A stretch of 38,669 nt of DNA from Lenisia limosa (lineage: Eukaryota > Protista > Breviatea), in contig LPNZ01007737.1 in NCBI GenBank assembly GCA_001655205.1, forward strand, positions 1 to 38,669, written 5' to 3'. Both the position numbers and the translations under genes were made by a program. A model generated the notes under the pieces. It saw only the letters and a list, made by a program, of their open reading frames with translations. It searched no databases and was not told where the DNA came from. How positions within the stretch are numbered: the first letter of the stretch is position 1; the number at the start of each line of letters is the position of its first letter. This document shows, piece by piece, positions 1-10,081 of this stretch.

Positions 1-36
1 ATTGAAAAATTTATCATTGTGTTTGAAATTGTTCAA

Positions 37-367
37 ATGGGTGACAACACAGCAATGAGGCGATTGGTTGATGAAGGACGAAAAAAGCGTCTTGTAAATA
101 GACAAAGACGAATAGATGCTGGGGAGGTATGTAGTTTGTGTGGGTGGTCCTTTTAACCATCTAGGAGGTTTCTTCTGATAGTGATAACTCTGTTGTGGAA
201 ACCAAAGAGGCCTGGGCTGATGCTGATGCTCAAAATAGTGTCAGGGTAGGCAGTGCATTTCGATTTCGTTAACTTCTTAGGTGTATGTTGAGGAAGGTTT
301 TGACAATGATGTACCTGGATTGGTGTTGTTTTCTGAAGACAGCGACAGTGAAGATCTTCCTGAGTAA
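37..367 (+). CDS. Small hypothetical protein (85 aa, 3 exons), basic N-terminus and acidic C-terminus
   Basis: Exons 37-126, 165-245 and 281-367 are joined by phase-0 GT-AG introns of 38 and 35 nt. They give MGDNTAMRRLVDEGRKKR...LFSEDSDSEDLPE*. No family recognised. Confidence 0.6.
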
Positions 368-476
368 ATATGTGGTCTTGGCATTTCTGATATCGACTTG
401 TTTTGTATTGAGAATGTAATAGTAGTGTATTTTAATTCTATCGGCAAGTAGTAGAAAGGGATGAGAGTTAGGGAAT

Positions 477-1257
477 TTACATTTTTCTCCTGTGCACAGT
501 GCGGAGAGAACTTTGTGCCTTTTGAAAGGACAAAAATGTATTTATCGAAAAAACATTCAGTAAAACAAAGATAAAAAAGATACATAGGAGAGCGGCGGAG
601 TGGACGGGGACGGACTGGAGGGAGGGTTCTCTTCTGGAGCGGGCGCTGGGCGGTCTGGGCCAATTGGTCTAGGCAGCGGGTAAATGGTGATCACTTCTGT
701 GGTGACGCGGCGGGTGATCTGGGCACTTGGAGTGCAAACCGTTTTATGGGTTTCACCTATCACATAATAATGTAATAGGGATGATATTCAATTGTTGTAA
801 ATCGAATAGGTGGTCAAGGAGGGCATTTGGCAGCTTTTCCAGTGCCGTGGAGTCGAGGAGGGATCTCATTTAAGGGCATATACCTGCAGCCAGGCCTCCG
901 GTGTGACTGGCCCTGGACGAGGGTCTGGTGGTGGCAGGCGAGAAAGGCCAGCAGGTATCGCTATATGACGAAATGGCTCTATTCTTGGTGCCAGAAGGGA
1001 ATAGGAGTGCTTCCACGACCATGTTCTTTATGGACAGGCCAATTTCCCGCCTTAGGCTGACCGGAGAGCAGGTGGCGTAGATGAAACTGGGCACAGAGGG
1101 CATTGTGGGGAGATGGTGTCCGGGTGGATTGCGGCCCACCAAGGCTCTTGTCATCAGACAGACATCCGGTAATGATGAGTACAGGATGAGGGATCCTTGC
1201 GATTCAGTGAGAAGGTAGAGGATGTGTGGTTCCCATACATCGACCCGAAGTCGCCAT
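477..1257 (-). CDS. Hypothetical Pro/Ser-rich protein (multi-exon)
   Basis: Probable ATG at 1257. Open segments SLILYSSLPDVCLM...GGLAAG, ETHKTVCTPSAQ...PSTPPLSY and AQSSLRTVHRRKM* are linked by plausible GT-AG introns. No domain recognised. Confidence 0.4.
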
Positions 1258-1312
1258 GTTTGAAACAAAAAATATTTTTATTTTTTTCCAATCGAAAAAA
1301 ACTGTGAAAAAG

Positions 1313-1340
1313 TTTGTGCCCGTCAAAAATATGGATTTTT
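1313..1340 (+). promoter_or_regulatory. 28-bp motif upstream of tRNA-Leu (copy 1 of an inverted pair)
   Basis: tttgtgcccGTCaaaaatatggattttt matches the reverse complement of 1635-1662 at 25/28 positions. A regulatory role is inferred from position only. Confidence 0.55.
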
Positions 1341-1386
1341 TGGATCAGTATCCTGAAGGAATCTGAGAAGCCAGGCAATTGTCTAT

Positions 1387-1467
1387 GGGAGAGTGGTGGA
1401 GTGGTTAACACGGTGGACTTAAGATCCCCTGCCTCAGGGCGCGCGGGTTCGAACCCCGCCTCTCCCA
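1387..1467 (+). tRNA. tRNA-Leu(TAA)
   Basis: Acceptor stem GGGAGAG/CTCTCCC, D-loop AGTGGTTAA, anticodon loop CT-TAA-GA, long variable arm GCC-TCAG-GGC, T-arm GCGGG-TTCGAAC-CCCGC. One U-C mismatch in the anticodon stem. Confidence 0.95.
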
Positions 1468-1469
1468 CA

Positions 1470-1476
1470 TTTTTTT
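1470..1476 (+). terminator. Pol III oligo(T) terminator of tRNA-Leu
   Basis: T7 run starting 3 nt after the discriminator base. Confidence 0.8.
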
Positions 1477-1505
1477 ATTTGTTCTTTTTTAATTAAAAAT
1501 ATATC

Positions 1506-1511
1506 AAAAAA
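1506..1511 (-). terminator. Pol III oligo(T) terminator of tRNA-Gln
   Basis: T-run on the minus strand directly after the discriminator base. Confidence 0.8.
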
Positions 1512-1583
1512 AGGCCACGGCGAGAATCGAACTCGCGTTACTGGAATCAGAACCCAGGGTGATGACCATTACACTACGCAGCC
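1512..1583 (-). tRNA. tRNA-Gln(CTG)
   Basis: Reverse complement GGCTGCGTAGTGTAATGGTCATCACCCTGGGTT-CTG-ATTCCAGTAACGCGAGTTCGATTCTCGCCGTGGCCT folds into a 72-nt cloverleaf. Confidence 0.95.
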
Positions 1584-1634
1584 GGTCGAGAGTCAGTGAT
1601 TCATATTTAATTGGCGATCTAAATTAACATTGTT

Positions 1635-1662
1635 AAAAATCCATATTTTTTCTGGGCACAAA
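1635..1662 (-). promoter_or_regulatory. 28-bp motif upstream of tRNA-Gln (copy 2 of the inverted pair)
   Basis: Reverse complement tttgtgcccAGAaaaaatatggattttt is 25/28 identical to 1313-1340. Confidence 0.55.
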
Positions 1663-1663
1663 A

Positions 1664-4561
1664 ATGCAATGTTACCATTTTCAGCAATTCTGCGAAACGA
1701 TATGTGAATTGGAGGACTTTTTGCATCTTTCAACTGTAAACGACAATGACATTGTCATTTTTATTTCTCTTCCTTTTTTTAGTATTCTCATTTTCTTCAT
1801 ACATGGCAGCATTTTTAAATTCTCTTTTGGTATGTTTCAAGTTTACATTAACAGTCAGAACTCCTTTGGGGGCATCAACCAGCGCTGCGGTGCAGAGGAT
1901 CTCAGAAACATTGACCAAGGTGAAAAGAAAAATACATTTTTTTGAGACAGACTGACAATAATACAGGGGATGGCAGCACATGGGGGAACACGCCAGGGTA
2001 CATGATGCCCATCATTTTTCAAGAGCTGAAAATGACTCTTTTAATTGACCGTCTGATTTACGCCCATGTTTCTTCACTAGATAAGGTGATATTGGATGAA
2101 TATCACTTTTACTTTGACAGTTTGATTTGACTCTTTAGTTGAGAGAGACCATTCTTGGTTCATCATTCATCCCGAGCACCAGTAGGAGTCGTTAAATTTT
2201 GTATATTTCATCAATATTCTCTAAGTTGCTAAGTGAACAGGATCATCTTTTAGGTACACTCTTTCTGGCTTCACTTCATAGTGGAATTGCGTTTGATTCG
2301 TCTCCTTTTGTGTCGTAAGAATGATTAGGTGTTAGATAATCTTCCTCATACAGATCAACTTCAAGGTTTGCTGTCTTTCCCTTTGACAAAAGGCAGGATA
2401 CCCAAGGGATAGTTTTTTTTTGTGATTTTCCTAATCCAGAGTTTTACATTTGGTTTTGTTCCCGGTTATACTTCTCCTTATACTCAATGCGATACCTCTT
2501 TTTGTGAAGGCTTACAAGGGCTTTCAGGAATTGAAATAGAAGCGTATTACAACTTAGGCACGAAAAAGGTCCAATTCGCTGAAAAGTAGGCATTCTCAAT
2601 TGTCATAGTTAAGTGGGTTCTCGTCCTTCAATTTTGATGCATCCACACGGCCATGGTATTCTCATGCTATAGCACTTCCGTATGACAAATATGTAGTGTT
2701 TTGTTTTAACCTAGGACTATTCTCCTGTCTATGCCTTTCATGATGGTTCAATATTTGGCAGTTCACTCACTGTTCGAATACCCTATCACGAACTGTTTGG
2801 TGGAATTTTGTTGAAAAAAACGAGGTTATTACCGTCCAGTGATTTCATTTTGTTTTCTGATATTTCATCAATTATCTTAGCTCCGTTTATGAGGCACATT
2901 GTTCCAACACCTGTGGGAATTCATGAGCAAGTACTATTTACTAAAAAATGTAGAGGTCAATAGCTATATTCATTGGGGAAAGAACTAATGTAGGGAATAT
3001 TTTGAGGTGTAATTTATATTATAGGCACTTTTTGAGATAAACTCTGAAGGGGTGGGCATATCTTTTGACATTAATCATTAGAAACCTCAACGTCCAACTG
3101 TTCAAGCGGTTCAAGGAGCTCAAAAAAGCATTTTATTTGCTGAACTTGATCCCATACACTATATTCCTGATACATTTACGGAGACACAACTTCATTTGGT
3201 ACATGACAGCCATTTAGGAAAGGAAATGTCAGTTCTAGTTTGTTAAAAAATGTCATTCTTAATATTGAAGGGGCGGAAGAGTTGCCTGAATCATTTTAAT
3301 AGCTCCATTTGCTACGTGAGTAATTTGTTTAGGGTAAAAGAATGACTTTTAGATGACGGTAATCGTGAAGATGAAGGAAGAGTTAACTGAGGTAGAGAAA
3401 TGGCAAAATCATATTCTTGAAAAGGTGAGTTTCAGTTGTATTTTTTTTGTCATACTGTAGCTTGCTAATATTGTTGTGTGGCTCTTATTTTCAGTTATTG
3501 TTGCAAAGACCGTTCTATTTTTCGTTCGAAGGGATATTTCAATTGTTTCTGCCGAGTTAGTTTCAGGCTCATTTGATGTGAAGCTAATTGAACCTTTATA
3601 CTGTAAATCGGGTCTATGTATCTTCCCAAAGGAGATGTTACAAAAAACAACAGAATTTGTGAAGAATATGTCACATTTGAGCTCCACTGAACTGAATCGC
3701 ATTCATTATTCATCCTGTCAAAAATCTTGCAATAGACGACGAACTTCAATTTTTTTTTGCTTTCTCTCTTTCGAAAAATCGATTCATAAGGTAACATGTT
3801 GTTCATAACATCAGGTCAAAGCAAACTCGTTGACCAATATCTGTCAAGCAAAAGAGGTTAGTTTAATTATCTGCAAACAGACTTCACCTTCAATTTACAG
3901 TAAAGGGTCATGAAATAACTTGGGTGGCATTCAGATATCCAGCTGGTGAGTCAAATTCGAAAATTACAAGACAGAGTTGATGAGAAAGTTACATACGTTG
4001 TTACTTGCACATAATGCATTGGTACAGTATTGTTGTTTTAGTATGTGACAACTTAGGTGCGTTACTTATTCGGCGAAGTTGCAATTGTTTCATGGACAAA
4101 GTGTAATGGTTGGGTGAATATTGGTGTAATAACCAATTTTAGCTGATATTTGTACATCTCTTGTCCTCTATCGGCTACAGCAACTCCCGTGTAAATCTTG
4201 GGTGAGTTCAGCCATTAAATTTATTGGGATATTCAGTGCTAACTTTTTAGTGTGGCTTGGTCACTTGTTCTGTTTCATTTCCAGATTTGTTCAAAATCCT
4301 GTCAGAAATACCAATAGTTGGGATTTGTTTTTTGCTTAGTCCTTCCTTCAGGGAACAGTTATGATTGAAAATGGAACAGTACTTTTCCCGTTAACATTAC
4401 AATCGGCACAGGTAGGACAAAAATTACCTCATCTGTACAGCCAATATGTGATAGATTCTATGGTATTCAGATTCGACAATAAAGCATCACTTCGTTTATT
4501 ATTATGCATTTTAAGAGCTGTATTCATTGGGTACAAAAAAACAATTGGATTTTATTCTTGA
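1664..4561 (+). CDS. Cache-like sensor domain membrane protein, possibly with a degenerate class III nucleotide-cyclase-like tail
   Basis: Spliced exons near 2615-2790 give FNFDASTRPWYSHAIALPYDKY-DYSPVYAFHDGSIFGSSLTVRIP, resembling the dCache DPRxRPWY...xSxxY motif. A transmembrane segment (LANIVVWLLFSVIVAKTVLFF) follows near 3461. The C-terminal exons end ...GYKKTIGFYS* at 4561. The start codon and several phases are uncertain. Confidence 0.6.
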
Positions 4562-4590
4562 ATACTGAACTTTTTACATTAACTACAATA

Positions 4591-7500
4591 CTACTTTACA
4601 TCAGCCACACGCTGGTATAAGATTATATAAGTTTGCACTGGCAACTCATAATCAGAAGAGGAAGAGATACAACGCGAACACTGGGGTGATTACAGGGAAT
4701 GGAAACTGCTTCAACAGGAATTATCCTCTTACATTCCCTTTTTAGGACACATTGCAAGCCCCTGTGCTGCTAGGCTGGTATTCAGTTTTATTCGAACGTC
4801 AAGAGGAACCGAAATTGACGGCGGAATCTTACGCCAGCCACGAAGGGCTCGGAGGGGCTAAATTATTAATGTACGGAGGTGTGACGAGTCACCTTAATCA
4901 CATCATTGAGGATGATGAAGGGTTTCGGCGGCGCAGAGGTCGGAGAATTGTCAATAAGGCCTGCTGGCATCTCGACCTGCCGGCATTTAACCACTTCTTT
5001 CTTGGTGCTGTCTGAACTGGTAAGGAGAGACTGCCTCATGCTTGGCATACCTTTCGAATGTGTAATCTCCAGGTTAATTTCCGAGACAGCAAAGTGATCA
5101 ACCTGGGGAGTGAAATTGGAAAATTTATGAAACAAAAAAAAAACCAAATCGTTAGGAAGTCACTCAAAGAGAGTCGCAGCTGTGCTTCCAAGGCATACTT
5201 TGATACACGATGTGAAGTACGATATAACTGCTCTGCATTTGGGGGAAAAGCCATCACTTGGGGTGAAGATGGCTTGAATGGACATTTCAGTAAGGTCAAC
5301 AAGGTCAAAGAAAGTGTTTTCTAATTAGGTGAGTAATGCTTTACACACATACCTGAGCCTTTCTTGCGGAGTGGATTTTTGCTGCCAAGACGACTGAAAA
5401 GGGTAAAGCGGGTTTTGGAAAATACTGATGCCAGTAACATGAACTATGAGCCTTAAAACCAAAATACCCCCAACCCCTCCAACTATTGGGTCAAAGGCTG
5501 TTTGCATCCATAAATGAAGGACTTGCATGAAATCTGAAAGTGTAAACACAATGACAAGGCTACAATAACAACGAAAACGACCTTAGGATTCCTACCGCTC
5601 TCTTTGGGATAAACACCCTTGTGACAACGGGAAGAGGTGGGGGTGACGGCGGAGGAAAGAAAAAGTGTGTTTCCTCACTAAAAAAGAGTTACAAATCATC
5701 AAAGTACAAAATGATCAAAGATCAGTTCAGTTCACCTTTCAAGAGGCTCAGAAGGCATGGGCGGGGGAGTGGGTGGAGGATTATTTAGGTCATAACAGGG
5801 NNNNNNNNNNNNNNNNNNNNNNNNNNNNNNNNNNNNNNNNNNNNNNNNNNNNNNNNNNNNNNNNNNNNNNNNNAGCGTTAATGGACTGGTACATGCTGGA
5901 AGCTCGGACACATCCCAATTCTGAAGGGTTAAACTTCATTGTAATAGACCCCCCCGTCAAAATAATAATATTCGAAAAAGGTTTCATACATCATATAATA
6001 TATCAGATATTATGTGAGAAGAGAAACAAAAGGTTGTATCTGACCGTAGCCGTCCACACCATCACNNNNNNNNNNNNNNNNNNNNNNNNNNNNNNNNNNN
6101 NNNNNNNNNNNNNNNNNNNNNNNNNNNNNNNNNNNNNNNNNNNNNNNNNNNNNNNNNNNNNNNNNNNNNNNNCAACTCTGTGCAAACAACTTTCTGTGTG
6201 TTACATATTATAATGACATAGCTGTTTACAAATACGTGAATTGTTTCATTCCTCACTCACAGGAAATGGTGGAGGCAAAGGTGGTGATGCTGTGAAGGCG
6301 GAAACCATAGACTCAGGGTTTGGGCTCAAGTTAAACGATCTGAATGTGACAAGTGCTCAACTCAGACAAAATCACACCACACCCTTCTATCCTCCTACTC
6401 TGAGCTTGGCTGGCCGTCTAGTTGGAAAAGGATGACAACTTCCTCACTACACGACTGGGTGTGGATCAAATTCAAAGTGCCTTCCATCGGGAATAAATCC
6501 TGTCAATGTGAGAAAAAAAGGGGTGTCAAAAGAACTTTGTAACGCAATGGGCCAACCAGAGAGTCGGGAATAGAGTGACAGACGCGGACGGGTTCAGTTC
6601 CTTTAAAGTTACACACCGAGGAATAAGGAAAACTGTTGAAGGTAGTATTAGGCCGCAGTCACCCAAACCATCACGTGCTCAACACAAGNNNNNNNNNNNN
6701 NNNNNNNNNNNNNNNNNNNNNNNNNNNNNNNNNNNNNNNNNNNNNNNNNNNNNNNNNNNNNNNNNNNNNNNNNNNNGCTCCTTGGGGGCCACGGGGTCCA
6801 ACAATTCGTTGGAGAGAATCGCCATAGTCGGAGAGGGTGAGCCAAGTTCGCTTGACCCCGGAGTAGCTAAGTCGGAGGAGAGGCTTGGGGTTGGGCTGAA
6901 GACATCGGCAACCGGGGAGGTGATTGGCAAGCCGAAGGTGATCTGAGGGGGGTCCTCGTGGGGCGTTGATGGTTGCACTGCTGGAGATGGTAGCGACACT
7001 GAAGTGGATGGTGACGTCATCTAGAGCGTTAAAGATGGAGAGAAACGTCTCTGCCTACTCCCCTGGTATTGAGAATTGGGTCTGGGACACTCACCCCGTT
7101 GAGCTTCTACATGCATGAGAGGAGCAACACAAGAGAAGTGCATGAGAGGAGCAACACAAGAGAAACAATGATTGTGAGACTAACATTAATATTTGTAGCG
7201 ACTTTGTTCTGAATCTCAGTGTACTGTTCCTTTGAGGACTCAAGGAGTTTAGAAAGGCAGTCCGGGGAAAGATACTCCATTCCAGAGGGAACTAAGTTGT
7301 TATGAGGAATGAGGTTGAAAACCCCACGTTGTTTGTTGAGTATTTCAGACAAATGGGATAACGGAATTCCTGGGTTCAAGGACCGGATCAGAACAACTGA
7401 CGACAGGATCTGAACGTGTTGGGATTTACTTAAAGAGGAAAACAATGAAAAAAACCGAACCATCACATTCGATGAACACAACTGTAACCTACCCATTGCG

Positions 7501-9222
7501 TTTGCTCTCTGCTTGAAAACTCCTAAACAGGTGAAAAAGCCACGCAAAAAAAAAGCGACCCGCTGCAGTGAAATAACATTATCGGCATGGATTCAAAATA
7601 ATAAAAGACCAATTGTGATACAGATTTGAACCGAATATGCTGAAACCCACATTTGACACTTCAGACTGCGTACGTCTCTTCTTTCTCTTTCTTGTGTACC
7701 GGTTTTTCGACCGAGCAGTTGAAATGGAGTCTGCTGAGCCTTCACTAAAATAATCGGATACGGTTGCAGGAGACATTGACAGGGGGGTGCGATGGGCTGA
7801 TGGGGGGGACATCGAAGTTACGACCGAAACTGGCTGCGCTCCATTGGAGTCTCCAGAATATGGCTTTTGGTAAGACTGCTCGGAAGACGGCTTCGAAAGA
7901 GCTGTCTGAGGATGCTGGATGAATTTCTCGGAACGGAAGTCTTGTTCGGGTATTTGAAATAGATTTGGTTGGGATGTCATCGTCAGGGGATCATGCGAGG
8001 TCATAGAAGACAAAGCAACTTGAGGGGGTGCAAGGATCTTTGGTAAATCCTTTTTTAACGGTTTTTTCTGGGGGGGGGGGGGNNNNNNNNNNNNNNNNNN
8101 NNNNNNNNNNNNNNNNNNNNNNNNNNNNNNNNNGTTAAACTATATTTCATCTGCTCTTAAATTAAGTAATCGAGTAGTATATACAAAGCATCAAATGGTC
8201 GATACATTTAACTTGATTTATTAAATGTTTTGTTAGTTAAAGCAGTGCCAATCCAGAAAATTGTCACAGATATCCGTACAAAAAAATTTGGTGACGTTAT
8301 CTTTTAACTACTTTTTACTCGTTTTTATAACAGTAAATAAAAATCACACAGGTTACGCTCGGTTTTTGGTTCTATTTGTGGTTTTTCCGAGCCGGTTTCT
8401 GGGTTGGCACCATACTTCAATTTTTGAAAATTACACGATTAATTGAGAAGAAAACCTTTGTTAGTGTGGTAGTTATTTTACTCAGAATTCAGGTTAAAAA
8501 CGTCATTCAAATCATTATTAAAAAACTCCCAGAAACATTTTGCAGATATTTTTGGAGAGTGTATCTTGCCCCACAAACGACATTGTGAACGTAGAGCGCA
8601 CCAACAACCAGGGGTGCAGGAACTTCTGGCTGATGAACTGTCTGAAACGTAACAAAGAAAAGGCCTCAATTGGATACAAACATCATGATAAAACGGAGAG
8701 GAACGCTTGGGGTGTGAAATGATGGCGTCCAGAGGCGCGGGCGCAAGAGTCGCGGGGAAGTCTCGCGATTGGCCCATATCAAGATCTTGGATTTCGGATG
8801 GAGCTCGAGGAAGAGGGGATGAGGAAGGATGGTATACTGATAAAGGCAGCTGGATGGACGGTTGTTGAATATCCGTTTGAGGGGGTGGAGAAGGGACCAA
8901 TGCCATTGGTGATCTAAACAATTAAATGTCAACTGTGTTTTGCAAAGAGGCTATTTCAAGCAATTGGTTCCGAGACTCAACACAATAAACAAACAACTCA
9001 AACAAAAACTCCCTCAAACAAGAAGGGTTGGCATGGCATTGAAAGGGGTGGGAGGGAAGGGGTGAATTGTGGAAGCACCCGCGGGTACAGCTCATCTTCA
9101 TTGAGGAAGTCATGGAAACTGTGGGGAGACTGTGGTGCTACAAAGAGATAAGTGACACCCATTAGCCAACCGGAAGGGGGGAAGAAGGACGACGGCTCAA
9201 AATCCATTGGATTCATGAGCAT
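4591..9222 (-). CDS. Large multi-exon Ser/Pro-rich protein with RRM-like segments (may be two genes; interrupted by 4 gaps)
   Basis: A chain of minus-strand exons with GT-AG boundaries (ORFs 8998-9222, 8478-8921, 7579-8013, 7107-7547, 6679-7020, 5036-5308, 4866-5147). VVLIRSLNPGIPLSHLSEIL...GMEYLSPDCLSKLL...EIQNKKL has RRM-like spacing, and GALYVHNV resembles RNP2. Confidence 0.45.
7112..7164. repeat. Perfect 26-nt tandem duplication (27-nt period) inside an intron
   Basis: tgcatgagaggagcaacacaagagaa occurs at 7112-7137 and 7139-7164. Confidence 0.9.
8323..8405 (-). repeat. Dispersed element of about 82 bp, copy A
   Basis: The reverse complement aligns to 37156-37237 at roughly 85% identity by eye. 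Confidence 0.85.
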
Positions 9223-9320
9223 TGTACTGGGTGGTCAGTCAGGTTGGAAGTAGATTGTTAGTTTTCGTTATATGGTCAGAGAAAAAGCTGATACAAGCGG
9301 GTTTTATTGATAGGTAACGG

Positions 9321-9850
9321 TCATAGACTCTTCTCAAGGAGCACAATGGAGGAAAATGACATCAAAGAACCAAGATCAAGGAGGGGTTTTTTTTGCATAT
9401 AATTCAGCCAGCCAACATAAGCCATAAACACAAAAAGCGCGCGNNNNNNNNNNNNNNNNNNNNNNNNNNNNNNNNNNNNNNNNNNNNNNNNNNNNNNNNN
9501 NNNNNNNNNNNNNNNNNNNNNNNNNNNNNNNNNNNNNNNNNNNNNNCACAAGGAAACAAAACAAACAAAGCCCAGCAGTCGCTACCCGCATCACAGGATG
9601 TTACAAAATGGGCGAAGGGCATCACCGACAAAAAAAAAGGGGGGGTTCTTATCAACTTAACAACAATTAGAACGCACCCAACAAACCAAAATAGACTTCT
9701 CAGGAGATGGTTGATATAAGGTAGCCAGTTTGAGGAAGGTGGGACAGCATGGTTTGACTTTGAGAACGAAGATTGCGCAAACGTTGTTCTTCTTTAATTA
9801 CCATCAACATTTTAACTTCTATTAACGACTGATTCAAGAAAAAGAGGGAG
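9321..9850 (-). CDS. Possible small membrane protein gene, interrupted by a gap
   Basis: Terminal exon ALFVFMAYVGWLNYMQKKPLLDLGSLMSFSSIVLLEKSL* with candidate upstream exons near 9570-9850. The structure is not resolved. Confidence 0.25.
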
Positions 9851-10081
9851 AACTGCAGCTGAGATGAAACGAAAAACTGACAAACTCGCGCGTCAAACAA
9901 GCTAAAAAAAACTCCAATAATCCCAATAATATACTCTGCTGAACAGCAAAGACAAGAGAGATCTGATATTTCTTTTTGAAAAAAATGAAAGGTAAACCCT
10001 TAGGGTGTATTAATTATATGGTTGCTTACAATATTATTTTTGATTTTTTCCCCAAAACAGAGCTTTCTTCTTCCTATCATC

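Noticed and set aside
1387-1467. tRNA-Leu as a pseudogene or editing substrate because of the U-C mismatch in the anticodon stem
   Set aside because: All other stems, the A/B boxes and the terminator are intact, and a single stem mismatch is tolerated in functional tRNAs.
8069-8082. Poly-G run as a functional G-quadruplex
   Set aside because: It runs directly into an assembly gap, so its length and context are unreliable.
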